Shown here: positions 1-9,800 of the stretch, piece by piece
How positions within the stretch are numbered: position 1 is the stretch's first letter
Layout: each line of letters starts with the position of its first letter
DNA from: Armatimonadota bacterium
Lineage (GTDB): Bacteria > Armatimonadota > UBA5829 > DTLH01
Assembly: GCA_038207085.1 (NCBI GenBank)
Contig: JBBRAE010000025.1
Coordinates: forward strand, 1-40,429
DNA: 40,429 nucleotides
Direction: 5' to 3'
The notes under the pieces: model-generated
Database searches by the model: none
What the model was told of the DNA's origin: nothing
What the model saw: the letters and a program-made list of their open reading frames with translations, nothing else
Translations under genes and position numbers: made by a program

Positions 1-18
1 GGATTGGTTCGCCTGTGA
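1..18 (+). CDS. Possible last codons (GLVRL*) of the intron-encoded reverse transcriptase/maturase, partial
   Basis: gga ttg gtt cgc ctg tga lies just upstream of domain V and resembles the GLxxL C-terminus of endonuclease-less intron proteins. Only 5 codons are visible. Confidence 0.45.
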   Translation, partial: GLVRL

Positions 19-138
19 TCCTTGCGCGCAACTGCCTGTGAATGCCTGTGGCGACTGTTACGTGGAGAGCCGTATGCGGGAAAACCGCACGTACGGTTCG
101 GGGAGGGGGGTGAGCCAATGCTCATCCCTACCTCCGAT
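1..138 (+). mobile_element. 3' end of a group II intron (domains V and VI; remainder lies upstream of the window)
   Basis: Domain V GAGCCGTATGCGG-GAAAA-CCGCACGTACGGTTC at 67-99, with the AGC triad (68-70) and AC bulge. Domain VI hairpin GGAGGGGGGTGAGC-CAAT-GCTCATCCCT(A)CCTCC at about 102-135 with a candidate bulged A130, ending ...CCGAT at 138. Confidence 0.93.
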
Positions 139-207
139 GGACAACAAACCGAGAGCCGAAGCATCAAAACATCCATGCCTCCAATATTCAACAAAGTTTC
201 CCAAGCC

Positions 208-233
208 TGTAACCCTCGCCGCTTGCCTGCGTC
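208..233 (+). promoter_or_regulatory. Putative ECF-sigma promoter (TGTAAC-N16-CGTC)
   Basis: tgtaac at 208-213 and cgtc at 230-233 upstream of the 320 CDS, matching the AAC-N16/17-CGT ECF pattern. Confidence 0.4.
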
Positions 234-319
234 TATAAATGTTAGTCGCAAGGGATCCCGCTGCGTGGCGCAGAGTGCCGCGTCCTGCGGGATAGTCAGA
301 AAGGAAGGATGCAGCCATT

Positions 320-1174
320 ATGAAACTGCAAAGAGTGCTGGCAGCGTTTGTGGTCGCGTTGGCAGTCGGTGCAGGTGCTGCGGAGTCACCCAAGGTGTCT
401 CTGCAGGCCGAACAGACGCCGGTTAAGGATGTTATGGCGGAGATCTCCAAACAGGTTGGTCTCCAGATCTTTTGTGAGTCGGACGTGCAGGGAGCCGTGA
501 GCGGGTCGTTTGCCGCGATGGAGCTCGAAAAGTTTTTCGACACCGTCACTGCGGGAGGCAAGCTCTCGTGGCAGAAGCTTTACCTGCCAGTTACCCCTGA
601 AAAGAAACCCACACTCGAAGACATAAAGGCGCGGATCAAGGCGATCAAGGCGATCGGCGAGCGCTCGATCGTCGTCTACGACCCCAAGACCAAGGTGCAG
701 ACAGCCTATGTCATCGGGCCAGTGGAGTCTTCCAAGATCATCCCTGAGTCGCTTGGCATGCAGACGTTCTACCTGATAAGCGCGGTCAAGACCCAAGCTC
801 CGGCCACGAAACTGGCCGATGCCTCCGCGCCCGGTCAGGTGGAGCCGATCGACCCCAAGGTCGTCGAGCAGTTCCAGTCGATGCAGATGGAACGCATCGG
901 GATGCTGAACGCGCTGAAGCCCGAGCAGCGGGCCAAACTCCTTCAGCAGGAGATGGTAAGCGAGATGTCGCTTGATCCCACAACCCGCGCGGCGGTTATG
1001 AAGGCCCAGTTTGACGCGCGCAGAAGCATGACTCCAGAGATGCAGCAGCAGTACCGCGACTCGATGCGGGAGGTCATGCAGTCTGTCCGCCAGATGGACC
1101 CAAGCATTGGCAATATGCGAGGCCCAGGTGGAGGCGGCCGCGGCGGTAACAGAGGCCAGAACCAAGGCCAGTAG
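320..1174 (+). CDS. Secreted protein with N-terminal STN-like (secretin/TonB short N-terminal) domain
   Basis: Signal peptide MKLQRVLAAFVVALAVGAGA, then VSLQAEQTPVKDVMAEISKQVGLQIF...VSGSF (STN-like), a helical Q/M-rich C-terminus and a Gly-rich tail. RBS-like ggaagga upstream. Confidence 0.65.
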   Translation: MKLQRVLAAFVVALAVGAGAAESPKVSLQAEQTPVKDVMAEISKQVGLQIFCESDVQGAVSGSFAAMELEKFFDTVTAGGKLSWQKLYLPVTPEKKPTLEDIKARIKAIKAIGERSIVVYDPKTKVQTAYVIGPVESSKIIPESLGMQTFYLISAVKTQAPATKLADASAPGQVEPIDPKVVEQFQSMQMERIGMLNALKPEQRAKLLQQEMVSEMSLDPTTRAAVMKAQFDARRSMTPEMQQQYRDSMREVMQSVRQMDPSIGNMRGPGGGGRGGNRGQNQGQ

Positions 1175-1189
1175 CACCGTACATAAGTT

Positions 1190-1220
1190 AAGGGCGAGTC
1201 ACGAGGGGGCTCGCCCTTTT
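1190..1220 (+). terminator. Intrinsic terminator
   Basis: aagggcgagtc...ggctcgccctt hairpin followed by T run, 15 nt after the stop at 1174. Confidence 0.75.
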
Positions 1221-1268
1221 GTAAGATCAGGGGTTATTCTCTTCAGTCTTCCACTTTGACTTCTACCT

Positions 1269-1296
1269 AATTAAAGGGGACAAATTAAAGGGGACA
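1269..1296. repeat. Perfect 14-bp tandem duplication (aattaaaggggaca x2)
   Basis: Read directly at 1269-1282 and 1283-1296. Confidence 0.85.
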
Positions 1297-1379
1297 GACA
1301 CCTTTTCGTGTCTTCGTGTGGCAAACGGCGGGGAGGCTTGACCGGGCGCGAGACCTCTCTCGCACCCGACCATGTTCTA

Positions 1380-1685
1380 TCAGGCCATATTGACGCCAGC
1401 GGTGATAAACACGTAGGCGGCTACGTATACCAAAATAGCGGCGCGGGTGGCTTGCCGGGCGAAATGGGGGTTGCTCCGGCCATACCACTCGGTGACAACG
1501 ACAAACGGCAGGAAGCTGAGTACCTTGACTGCCGCAAAACAGGCTGCGCTGTGCTTCAGGCATACAGCCATAAGAGGGTTCTGTTCGGTGGCGACACCGT
1601 GGGCTGTGAGGATCAGCGTGCTGATCATATCAGCCAAACAGACTACTATCAGAACAATGCTTTCGTTGCTTAAGAGTCGTCTCAC
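1380..1685 (-). CDS. Small membrane protein, DUF5658-like
   Basis: LADMISTL...ATEQNPLM...FAAVK pattern with three hydrophobic helices. GTG start at 1685 preceded by aaagga. Confidence 0.7.
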   Translation of the reverse strand: MRRLLSNESIVLIVVCLADMISTLILTAHGVATEQNPLMAVCLKHSAACFAAVKVLSFLPFVVVTEWYGRSNPHFARQATRAAILVYVAAYVFITAGVNMA

Positions 1686-1852
1686 CGGTGTTTCCTTTCT
1701 ATGCAGGTATCCATAACTATACTCTTTCAAGAAGCGTGCCGTACGCACAGGTTGCTATACCTGATTGTTGGGTTGATTTAGCGCCCTCTTGGTTTTGAAG
1801 CCTGCCAGCTTGGGTAATACGTTTTGACTTAGTCTTGCACGGTGGGCATTTG

Positions 1853-3301
1853 ATGCGGGTTCTTATAATCAACACAAATCGTGAACGGTCGCCTCACACG
1901 CTGGTTCCGCTTGGGGCATGTCTTGTGGCGTCTGCGGTCCGAGCGGCCGGGCACGAGGTGAGGTTTGTCGACCTTACGTTCGACGGCTCGCACCGGTCCG
2001 TGGTCGCTCAGGCTGTGAGAGATTTTCGGCCACGGGTAGTTGGGCTGTCGATCCGCAACATCGACAACTGCGACTATCTCGACCCAAGATCGCTTCTGCC
2101 TGAAGTGGCCGCAGTGGCCGACGAGTGCCGTAGGGCAGGGGCTCAGATAATAGCCGTCGGCGGACCAGCCGTAACCACCTCGCCGGGCGCGATTCTCCGC
2201 TACGTGGGGGCCGATTACGCGGTCGTCGGCGAAGGGGAAGTCGCCATGCCTGGTCTGCTGCGCGCCATCGAAACCGGCAGCGATCCCATGTGCGTTTCCG
2301 GGATTGCCACAGTCGACGGCGAATGGGTGGTCGCCTCGCCTCCGGAGTCGATCCACGACCTCTCGGCGCTCCCCGACCCAACATTTCCCGACTGGCTTGA
2401 CCTCGGGGCCTACCAGCGCTACGATGCGGCGATGCCGGTGCAGACCAAGCGCGGCTGCCCGTTCCGCTGCGCGTACTGCCCGTATCCCGCGATCGAAGGT
2501 GAAGGCATCAGGCTTCGAGACCCCGAAAGTGTCGCGGCTGATGTCGCGCGGGCCCGCAGGCTGGGGTTTCGCTCGGTCGAGTTCGTCGACAGTGTCTTTA
2601 ACGCCCCAGAGTCCCACGCCATAGACTGCTGTGAGGCGATAGCCCGCCTGCCTGAGAGATTGCCGCTTCAGACCGTGGAGATGAACCCGTCGCGCTGTTC
2701 GGACGACCTCGTGCGGGCGATGAACGCCGCTGGGTTTTCCGCCGTAGGATGCACTGCCGAAAGCGGGTCGGACCGCATGCTCCGGTCGCTCGGCAAGGGC
2801 TTCCAGGTCGATGATCTTTACGCTGCTGCGGCCCGAATGCGAAAGCTCGACGCGCTGAAACTGTGGATATTTATGATCGGCGCGCCCGGTGAGGACGAGT
2901 CGACCGTCGCAGAGACCGTTAAATTCCTGGAAACCGCGCTTGGACCTGACGACCTCGCCTATATCAGCTTCGGCGTGCGCGTTTTGCCAGGGACCGATCT
3001 CTTCTCCCGCGTGGTCGAGGAAGGCGCGATCCCGCCGGACGCCGACCTTTTGCAGCCGACGTTTTATTTTTCGCCGCACATTACCCCCGAGCGCTCGATG
3101 GAGATCATCTCTCGGGGCCGGTTCCCGTCCGACAACATCGTGCAGCTCGGCGACGGCAACAACAAGCTTCTGCCGATCGCTCAGCGCATCGGTCACGCGC
3201 TTGGGATGGAGCCGCCGTACTGGCGATACGCACCGATCTGGAACCGCGCGAGGCACTGCTTCACCCCCAGGCTCCCCTCACGCGAGGGCAGAACGTGCTA
3301 G
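1853..3301 (+). CDS. Cobalamin-binding radical SAM protein (resembles lipid-biosynthesis B12/rSAM family)
   Basis: N-terminal B12 domain (PLG...VVGLSIRNIDN...VGGPA...VVGEGE) and CxxxCxxC motif QTKRGCPFRCAYC, plus FVDSVFN and AESGS. Confidence 0.9.
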   Translation: MRVLIINTNRERSPHTLVPLGACLVASAVRAAGHEVRFVDLTFDGSHRSVVAQAVRDFRPRVVGLSIRNIDNCDYLDPRSLLPEVAAVADECRRAGAQIIAVGGPAVTTSPGAILRYVGADYAVVGEGEVAMPGLLRAIETGSDPMCVSGIATVDGEWVVASPPESIHDLSALPDPTFPDWLDLGAYQRYDAAMPVQTKRGCPFRCAYCPYPAIEGEGIRLRDPESVAADVARARRLGFRSVEFVDSVFNAPESHAIDCCEAIARLPERLPLQTVEMNPSRCSDDLVRAMNAAGFSAVGCTAESGSDRMLRSLGKGFQVDDLYAAAARMRKLDALKLWIFMIGAPGEDESTVAETVKFLETALGPDDLAYISFGVRVLPGTDLFSRVVEEGAIPPDADLLQPTFYFSPHITPERSMEIISRGRFPSDNIVQLGDGNNKLLPIAQRIGHALGMEPPYWRYAPIWNRARHCFTPRLPSREGRTC

Positions 3302-3999
3302 ACCCCGGCCGCCGGCAGGACGTGGAGGAACTCCTCGATATGCCGGATGCGTCGGGATCAGAGCTCAACCGTTCACTTTCAGATCTCGAGCTTGCCAACC
3401 GTCTGTTGGGTGGCAGGCGGGCTGTTGCGCGCCACCTGCTCCCACTTGCTGGTGATGGCGCGACGTTTCTCGATGTCGGCTGCGGAAGCGCCGATATGCT
3501 CCGCTGGCTCTCAGACTTTGCACAAGCCAGGCACGCCAAAATCATTCTCACCGGCATAGACTCGCACTCCGGCGTTGTCGAAATCGCCCATGCCCGCTGC
3601 CGGGACTATCCCAATATCCAAATTGCCGAGGCCAACGCGCTCGCCCTGCCGTTTTGCGACCAAAGCTTCGATGTGGTCTTGTCAAGCACGTTTTTGCATC
3701 ACTTGGACCCAGAGGACGCCGTCCGTGCGATCTCCGAGATGCGTCGGGTCGCCCGCCGTCGCGTCGTGATCTCTGACCTCGTTCGTGGATGGTTGGGCCG
3801 TGTCGGGGTTGTGATCGTCGGGCGGACGCTTTTTGGGAAGATGAGCCGCATTGACGGCTCCCGCTCTTTTCTGCGCGCCTATTCACCCTCCGAGCTTGCG
3901 GACTTGGCCGAGCGCGCTGGGCTTACCGGTGTGCGCGTCTTGGGAGGCGCGGTGCGGATGATCCTGATCTGGGACAGGGAGATATGTGATGAAGTTTAG
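3295..3999 (+). CDS. Class I SAM-dependent methyltransferase
   Basis: Motif I FLDVGCGSAD, LPFCDQSFDVVLSSTFLHH, and N-terminal EELLD...SLSDLELANRLLGG. Overlaps both neighbours. Confidence 0.9.
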   Translation: MLDPGRRQDVEELLDMPDASGSELNRSLSDLELANRLLGGRRAVARHLLPLAGDGATFLDVGCGSADMLRWLSDFAQARHAKIILTGIDSHSGVVEIAHARCRDYPNIQIAEANALALPFCDQSFDVVLSSTFLHHLDPEDAVRAISEMRRVARRRVVISDLVRGWLGRVGVVIVGRTLFGKMSRIDGSRSFLRAYSPSELADLAERAGLTGVRVLGGAVRMILIWDREICDEV

Positions 4000-5209
4000 C
4001 GTCGCCACCAACTTTGACAACGACCTGCCCGCCCGCATCGCCGACTACGGGGCTCACGAGCTCTTCGGCAAGCTCCCCAAGGATGCGGCTGGCGGCGGGC
4101 GCGCAAGCTATATGCTCGCCCCTGTGTCGGCGATGCGGCTGCGCGAGCACGTGCGTGCCGTGCATCGGGCCGGGATGACTTTCAACTACCTGATCAACTT
4201 CGCCTGCATGGGAAACCGCGAGTTCACCCGCGCGGGCCAGAAGTCGCTTCGTCGGCTTCTGGACTGGCTCTCTGAGATCGAGGTCGATTCGGTCACGGTA
4301 TCCGTCCCCTATATGCTGGAGCTCGTCAAGCGCCGCTACCCGCATTTCATGGTCAAAGTCGGGGTGTTCGCATCGGTCGACACGCCGCGCAAAGCGAAGT
4401 TCTTCGAGGACCTCGGGGCCGACTGCATTGCGATTCAGCCGCTTGTCACGGTGCGAAACTTCCCTCGCCTGCGGGCGATCAGAGAAGCTGTGGGGTGTGA
4501 GCTGCAGCTGATCGCAAACAGCACGTGCCTTCTGGAGTGCCCGATGACCCCCTACCACAACGTCGGCCTGTCGCACGCGTCGCAGGCGGGTTCACAGGGG
4601 TTCTTTATCGACTACTGCCTGATGCGCTGCCTGCTCAAGCGGCTCGACGACCCTGCGCAGTACATCAAAAGCCCCTGGATCAGGCCAGAAGACGTTCACT
4701 ACTACGAGGCAATTGGGTATAGCTCACTCAAGATTCTCGAACGCGGCGCGCCGACAGAGACGCTTGTGCGTCGCGTGCGGGCCTACCATGACCGGCAATT
4801 TGACGGAAATCTGCTCGACCTCGTGCAGTGCTGGGGGTACCGTGATGCCCACGGCAAGGGCGAACCCCGGCGCGGTCGCTTCTGGGAGCTGCGGGAGTTT
4901 CTGAGGCCACGGAGCGTCCGCCCGACCCGGCTTCTTGCGCTAAAGGAGCTTGCGAAGCTTCAGGGGATGCTCTATGACTCGGGCCGGGAGTCGATTCGCA
5001 TCGATAACCGTGAGCTTGACGGCTTCATCGAACGCTTTGTACGGGAGGACTGTTCGCTTTTGGACTGCGAAACGTGCCGCTACTGCGACGAGTTCGCCGC
5101 CCGCGCCGTGTCGGTCGATCAGGGTTTCAGGGACAGATGCGCCGCTCTTGCCCGGGGGATACTGGGTGACCTCGCAGGCGGCGGGATGTGGGGATTGGAG
5201 AAGCGATGA
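3986..5209 (+). CDS. U32 'peptidase' family Fe-S protein (UbiU/UbiV/TrhP/RlhA-related, probable O2-independent hydroxylase)
   Basis: GGGR...FNYLIN, LIANSTCLLECP...YCLMRC, WIRPEDVHYY, LKILER, and an extra C-terminal Cys cluster CSLLDCETCRYC. Confidence 0.82.
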   Translation: MMKFSVATNFDNDLPARIADYGAHELFGKLPKDAAGGGRASYMLAPVSAMRLREHVRAVHRAGMTFNYLINFACMGNREFTRAGQKSLRRLLDWLSEIEVDSVTVSVPYMLELVKRRYPHFMVKVGVFASVDTPRKAKFFEDLGADCIAIQPLVTVRNFPRLRAIREAVGCELQLIANSTCLLECPMTPYHNVGLSHASQAGSQGFFIDYCLMRCLLKRLDDPAQYIKSPWIRPEDVHYYEAIGYSSLKILERGAPTETLVRRVRAYHDRQFDGNLLDLVQCWGYRDAHGKGEPRRGRFWELREFLRPRSVRPTRLLALKELAKLQGMLYDSGRESIRIDNRELDGFIERFVREDCSLLDCETCRYCDEFAARAVSVDQGFRDRCAALARGILGDLAGGGMWGLEKR

Positions 5210-6624
5210 GGGTTCTTCTGCTTGGAATGCCGGACGTGGCAAGCTGCTTTGACCGGACGATGAGGTTTCCAAACCTTGGCATCGCTTCGGTTGCGGCCAA
5301 TATTACCGGGGCTGAGGTAAGCGTGCTCGACCTCGTCTTGCACGCCCGCAGGGTAGGGGACGCCGTCCGCGACGCGCTCGAACGTGTCCGGCCCGATGTT
5401 GTCGGCCTCTCGGCGATGACTTTCCAATACGACACCGCAAAGCTCGTCGCCGGGATCGTCAGGTCAGCGCTTCCCGGCGCAAAGACAGTCCTCGGTGGCT
5501 ACCATGCGACGCTTGCGTACGAGTCCATCGCATCCGACGACGGCGCACGCGTCTTCGATTATCTCGTGCGCGGCGAAGGAGAGGTCACGATGGACCGGCT
5601 CGTCGCTTGTATCCGTGATGGCGGTGACCCCGGTGCGATAACTGGCCTCTCGCACTGGGTGGACGGGACGATGGCCCACAACCCACCGGCAGACATTCTC
5701 GACCTCGCCCAAATTGCTATTCCCGCCCGCAGGCTTCGCATGTCCCGCAAGTTTCACTACTTCGGGCGGCCCTTTGACGTCGTCGAGACTTCCCGTGGCT
5801 GCCCCAAAGCGTGCCGATTTTGCAGCATTCGGGGGATGTACGGCGCAAGCCACAGGGTATACCCAATAGAGCGGGTGATCGAAGACATCAAAGACGCCCG
5901 GGCGATTGGCGCACGCGGGGTGTTTTTTGTCGATGACAACATCAACATCGACACCGATAGACTGCTCAAGCTCTGCGAGGCGATAGTCGAGGCGGGGCTT
6001 GACGATATGGAGTATGTGACCCAGGCCGATGTGGCGGGTTTTGTCCGCGAGCCGGGGCTCCCCTCTGCGATGAAACGCGCGGGCTTTAGCGGCGTGTTCC
6101 TGGGAATCGAGAGCGTCGACTCTGGCAATTGGCGCTTTTTGAGAAAGAAGAACGCGCCCGACGACACCCGCAAGGTCGTAGGCTCGCTCCGGGCTCATCG
6201 TATAGCGGTCGCGGGAGGGTTTATCATCGGCAACCCTGAGGACGATCTCGCAGCGGTGCGAAGCGCGTTTCAGACAGCGAAGACCCTGCCGCTCGACCAC
6301 GCGATTATGTGGTGCCTCACTCCCTATCCTGGCACTGAGGCGCGCGCTGAGATGCTTGCAGACGGCCTGGTCGAAAACGCAGACGACTTTAGCCGCTATA
6401 ACGGCTTTATCTGCAACGTGCGGACGCGAAAACTGAGTCACGAAGAGCTTGCGCGGGCGATTGCGACAGAAGGGGCGAAGCTCTACTTCAGCCCGTCGTT
6501 CTTCCTGAGAAGCCGTGCATGGCCGCGCAGCCCTCGGGCGGCTTGGATGTATTTCAGCAGCGTAGCCGAGTATCTGACTCGGGCTCCGAAAAACCGGCTG
6601 TTTGCCTCAAGGCACCGGGTGTAA
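5206..6624 (+). CDS. Cobalamin-binding radical SAM protein (class B methyltransferase-like)
   Basis: PNLGIAS, VVGLSAMT, VLGGYHAT, VRGEGE, ETSRGCPKACRFC, FFVDDN, LGIES, TPYPGT. ATGA overlap with the U32 stop. Confidence 0.92.
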   Translation: MRVLLLGMPDVASCFDRTMRFPNLGIASVAANITGAEVSVLDLVLHARRVGDAVRDALERVRPDVVGLSAMTFQYDTAKLVAGIVRSALPGAKTVLGGYHATLAYESIASDDGARVFDYLVRGEGEVTMDRLVACIRDGGDPGAITGLSHWVDGTMAHNPPADILDLAQIAIPARRLRMSRKFHYFGRPFDVVETSRGCPKACRFCSIRGMYGASHRVYPIERVIEDIKDARAIGARGVFFVDDNINIDTDRLLKLCEAIVEAGLDDMEYVTQADVAGFVREPGLPSAMKRAGFSGVFLGIESVDSGNWRFLRKKNAPDDTRKVVGSLRAHRIAVAGGFIIGNPEDDLAAVRSAFQTAKTLPLDHAIMWCLTPYPGTEARAEMLADGLVENADDFSRYNGFICNVRTRKLSHEELARAIATEGAKLYFSPSFFLRSRAWPRSPRAAWMYFSSVAEYLTRAPKNRLFASRHRV

Positions 6625-6822
6625 ACAAGAAGTTCATACTATGAGACTCGGCAGATGTGGTATGGTTTGGTGGGCGATTCCCGGAGGGCTCGGTGTGGCG
6701 GCAATCGTTGCGGCGGAGTTGATCGCCGAATAGTGCGCGGGGTTATTTGACTCCTCGAAGCGCTCGCGAAACGAAGCAAAATCTGACATCCGGGGACAAT
6801 CACCTGTTATACCAGACAGAAG

Positions 6823-6856
6823 AAAAGCCGGGAGGTTATCATTTCCTCCCGGCTTT
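6823..6856. terminator. Likely bidirectional intrinsic terminator between convergent units
   Basis: aaaagccgggagg-N9-cctcccggcttt. Confidence 0.8.
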
Positions 6857-6887
6857 GCGTGCTTAGTCTGAATACCCCATCACCCTA

Positions 6888-9800
6888 CTAGTTGCTCTCG
6901 GGCTTGTGGCCGCTCTTGAGCTCACGAGCGGCGGTTGCGAGCACTTCGTAGAGCTCAGGCAGACTCTCTGCATCGACTGCTGAGAAGGCGACTCGGATGT
7001 CGCGCTTGCCGTCGGCGATGACTCCCACGCCGTGATGCTCAAGCAGGTGCTTGCGGTAGGTCTCGGCGTCGATTCCCTTTAGCTTCAGACACATGAAGTA
7101 GCCTGCGTTGAAGGGATACGGCTCCCAAAGGTCAGCGTACTCCGGCGAGCGCAGGATCTCTTTGACCTTGTTTGCTCTTGATTCGAGCACCGCGCGCTTT
7201 TCGGCGGTCTCAGACTCGAACGTGTCGCTGTTCATCGCCTTGATGAGAATCGACTGCGCCGGGTGGCTGCAGTTGGAGATCGCGGCACGGATCGCGCCCG
7301 CGAACTTCTTCTCAAGTGCATTGTAGAGCGCGTCCTGGCTCATCGCCGCCTTGGTGCTGAAGGTGAGCATGCCGGTTCTAAAACCCCAGACATACTCTTC
7401 CTTGGTAGGCCCGTCAACCTTTACCGCGAGAATTCTCTCGTGGAGGTCAGCGAGCTTGGCGAACATCGACTCGTCGAGAACGTCCTCATCGTAGAACAGA
7501 CCGAAGTAGGCGTCATCGGCCACGACGATCAGGTCGCAGCCGTTTTCGGCAGCCTCTTTCAAGACAAAGCAGACCTTTTCGGCCTCTTCTTTTCTGATCG
7601 AGTAACCGGTCGGGTTGTTCGGGAAGTTCAGGATGACGATTGTCTTGCCGCTGTCGGTTCGGCTTGCAAGCACCCTTCGCAGCCCTTCGGCGTTGAAGTT
7701 GCCCTCCATATCAAAGAACGGGTAGACAGCGAGCTGCGCCTGAAGCCTTACACCAAAGATCAGCTCGTAGTTCTCCCAGAACTTGTCGGGAAGCAGGATC
7801 ATATCACCCTTTTCGACGAACATATCGCCTACGAGGCTCAGGGCATGCGTGACGCCGCTTGTAACGATCGGCATCGAGAAGCTCTTTGCCGCAAGCGACG
7901 GGTTCTTGGCGATGAGCTGCTCGCGCCACTTCTTGCGCAGATCGGCGCGACCCGTCGCAGGGGCGTATGTGAGCGCCTCAACTGCCGTTAGCCCGCCGAG
8001 GTAGTTCATAACGCTCTGCAGGAACATCGGCTTGCCGTTTTCCTTGGCGATACCGATGGTCGCATCGAACTTCTTAGCTTTATCTTTGGCCTCAGCGCTC
8101 TGAGAAAGAATCCCCTTGGGGAAGAAGAGTCTGCGCCCGAGTTCGGAGAACATCTCAAAGACGTAGGGGTTCTCTCGCTCGATGACCTCGTTCAGCTCTG
8201 CTGCGAGCGGGCGAACGTCGGTGCCCGATTTGAGCATCGTGATCGGCGCTTTCAGTCTGAGCTTGAGCGACTCGTGCTGCTCCCAGAGTTCCTTCGGGAA
8301 CCTGTCACCGAACGTTTCGAAGAACGTCGCGGTCTGATTTGTCTCTTCACGCCAGTCCATTGGGTTGACAGAGAACAGCTTGTCGAGCGCATCCTGCGAG
8401 ACATCTAGCCCGGTAAGGTCGAGGCTGTCGGTTGTCGGCAGATACCCGATGGGGCTGATCTGTGCGTCGGCCTCGCCACGGCAGCGGTCGAGAATCCACT
8501 CGATCACCCGCAGGTTCTCGCCGAACCCCGGCCACAGGAAGTTGCCGTCCTCGTCCTGCCTGAACCAGTTGACATGGAAGATCTTGGGCGGGTTGCTCAT
8601 TCTCTTGCCCATGTCGATCCAGTGCTTGAAGTAGTCTCCCATGTGGTAGCCGCAGAACGGGAGCATCGCCATCGGGTCGCGCCTGACCTGGCCGATCTTG
8701 CCGAACGCCGCAGCGGTCATCTCGCTTCCCATTGTAGCGCCGACGTATACGCCGTGCTCCCAGTCAAACGCTTCGTAAACGAGCGGAGCAAGCTGCGCTC
8801 GGCGTCCTCCAAAGACGATCGCCGAGATCGGCACGCCGTGATGGTGCTCGGTCCTAAACGAGTGCGACGGGCACTGGGTAAGCGGCGAGGTGAAGCGGCT
8901 GTTTGCGTGCGCCCCGACGACCTTCTTGCCGTCAGCATCGACCATTCCCGGCTTCCAGGGGTTGCCCTTCCAGTCTGTAGCTTCTGCGGGCGGCTCGTCG
9001 TCGTGACCTTCCCACCAGACTGTTCCGTCGTCTTTCAAGACGACGTTGGTGTAGATCGTATTCTTGGCGATGGTCATCATCATGTTGGGGTTGCTCTTCA
9101 TATTGGTCCCTGGAGCAACGCCAAAGAACCCCTTTTCGGGGTTGATGGCCCAAAGCCTGCCGTCGGTGTCGATTCTCATCCATGCGATGTCGTCGCCGAC
9201 GGTCCAAATTCTATAGCCTTTAACCTTCAAGCCCTCGGGCGGAAGGAGCATAGCGAGGTTTGTCTTGCCGCATGCGCTCGGGAACGCCGCCGCGACGTAT
9301 TCGATGTGTCCCGACGGGTCTTCCACGCCCATAATGAGCATATGTTCCGCGAGCCACCCTTCGCGCTTGCCGAGGTAGCTTGCGATTCTGAGCGCGAGGC
9401 ACTTCTTGCCAAGGAGCACGTTTCCACCGTAGCCAGAGCCGACGCTCCAGATGGTGTTGTCCTCCGGGAAGTGCATAATCAGCCTTCGGTCGATGTCGAG
9501 ATCGGCCTTGCTGTGCAGACACCTGGTAAACTGTCCGCCTGCGCCGAGCTGCTTCAGCACCGACGAGCCGACGTGGGTCATAATCCTCATATTGAGGACG
9601 ACGTAGATGCTGTCGGTGAGCTCGACGCCGATCTTGCTGAATGGTGAGCCGACGGGGCCCATCGAGAAGGGGATGACATACATCGTCCGGCCCTTCATGG
9701 AGCCGTCGAAGAAATCCCGGGCGCGGCGATAGCCTTCTTCGGGGCTCATCCAGTTGTTGGTGGGTCCTGCGTCCTCTGGGAGAGTCGTGCAGATGTAGGT

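Noticed and set aside
22..426. 134-aa ORF containing GEPYAGKPHVRFGEG
   Set aside because: This is the translation of intron domain V RNA, a common false protein call.
3986..5209. Collagenase/protease function for the U32 protein
   Set aside because: No signal peptide, Cys-rich Fe-S motifs and a biosynthetic context; characterised U32 relatives act in hydroxylation.
1829..9647. Long antisense ORFs (1829-3256, 5464-6441, 7263-7991, 8574-9647)
   Set aside because: They are shadows of well-supported genes in high-GC DNA, with no motifs or RBS. The same applies to 25793-26872 and similar ORFs.
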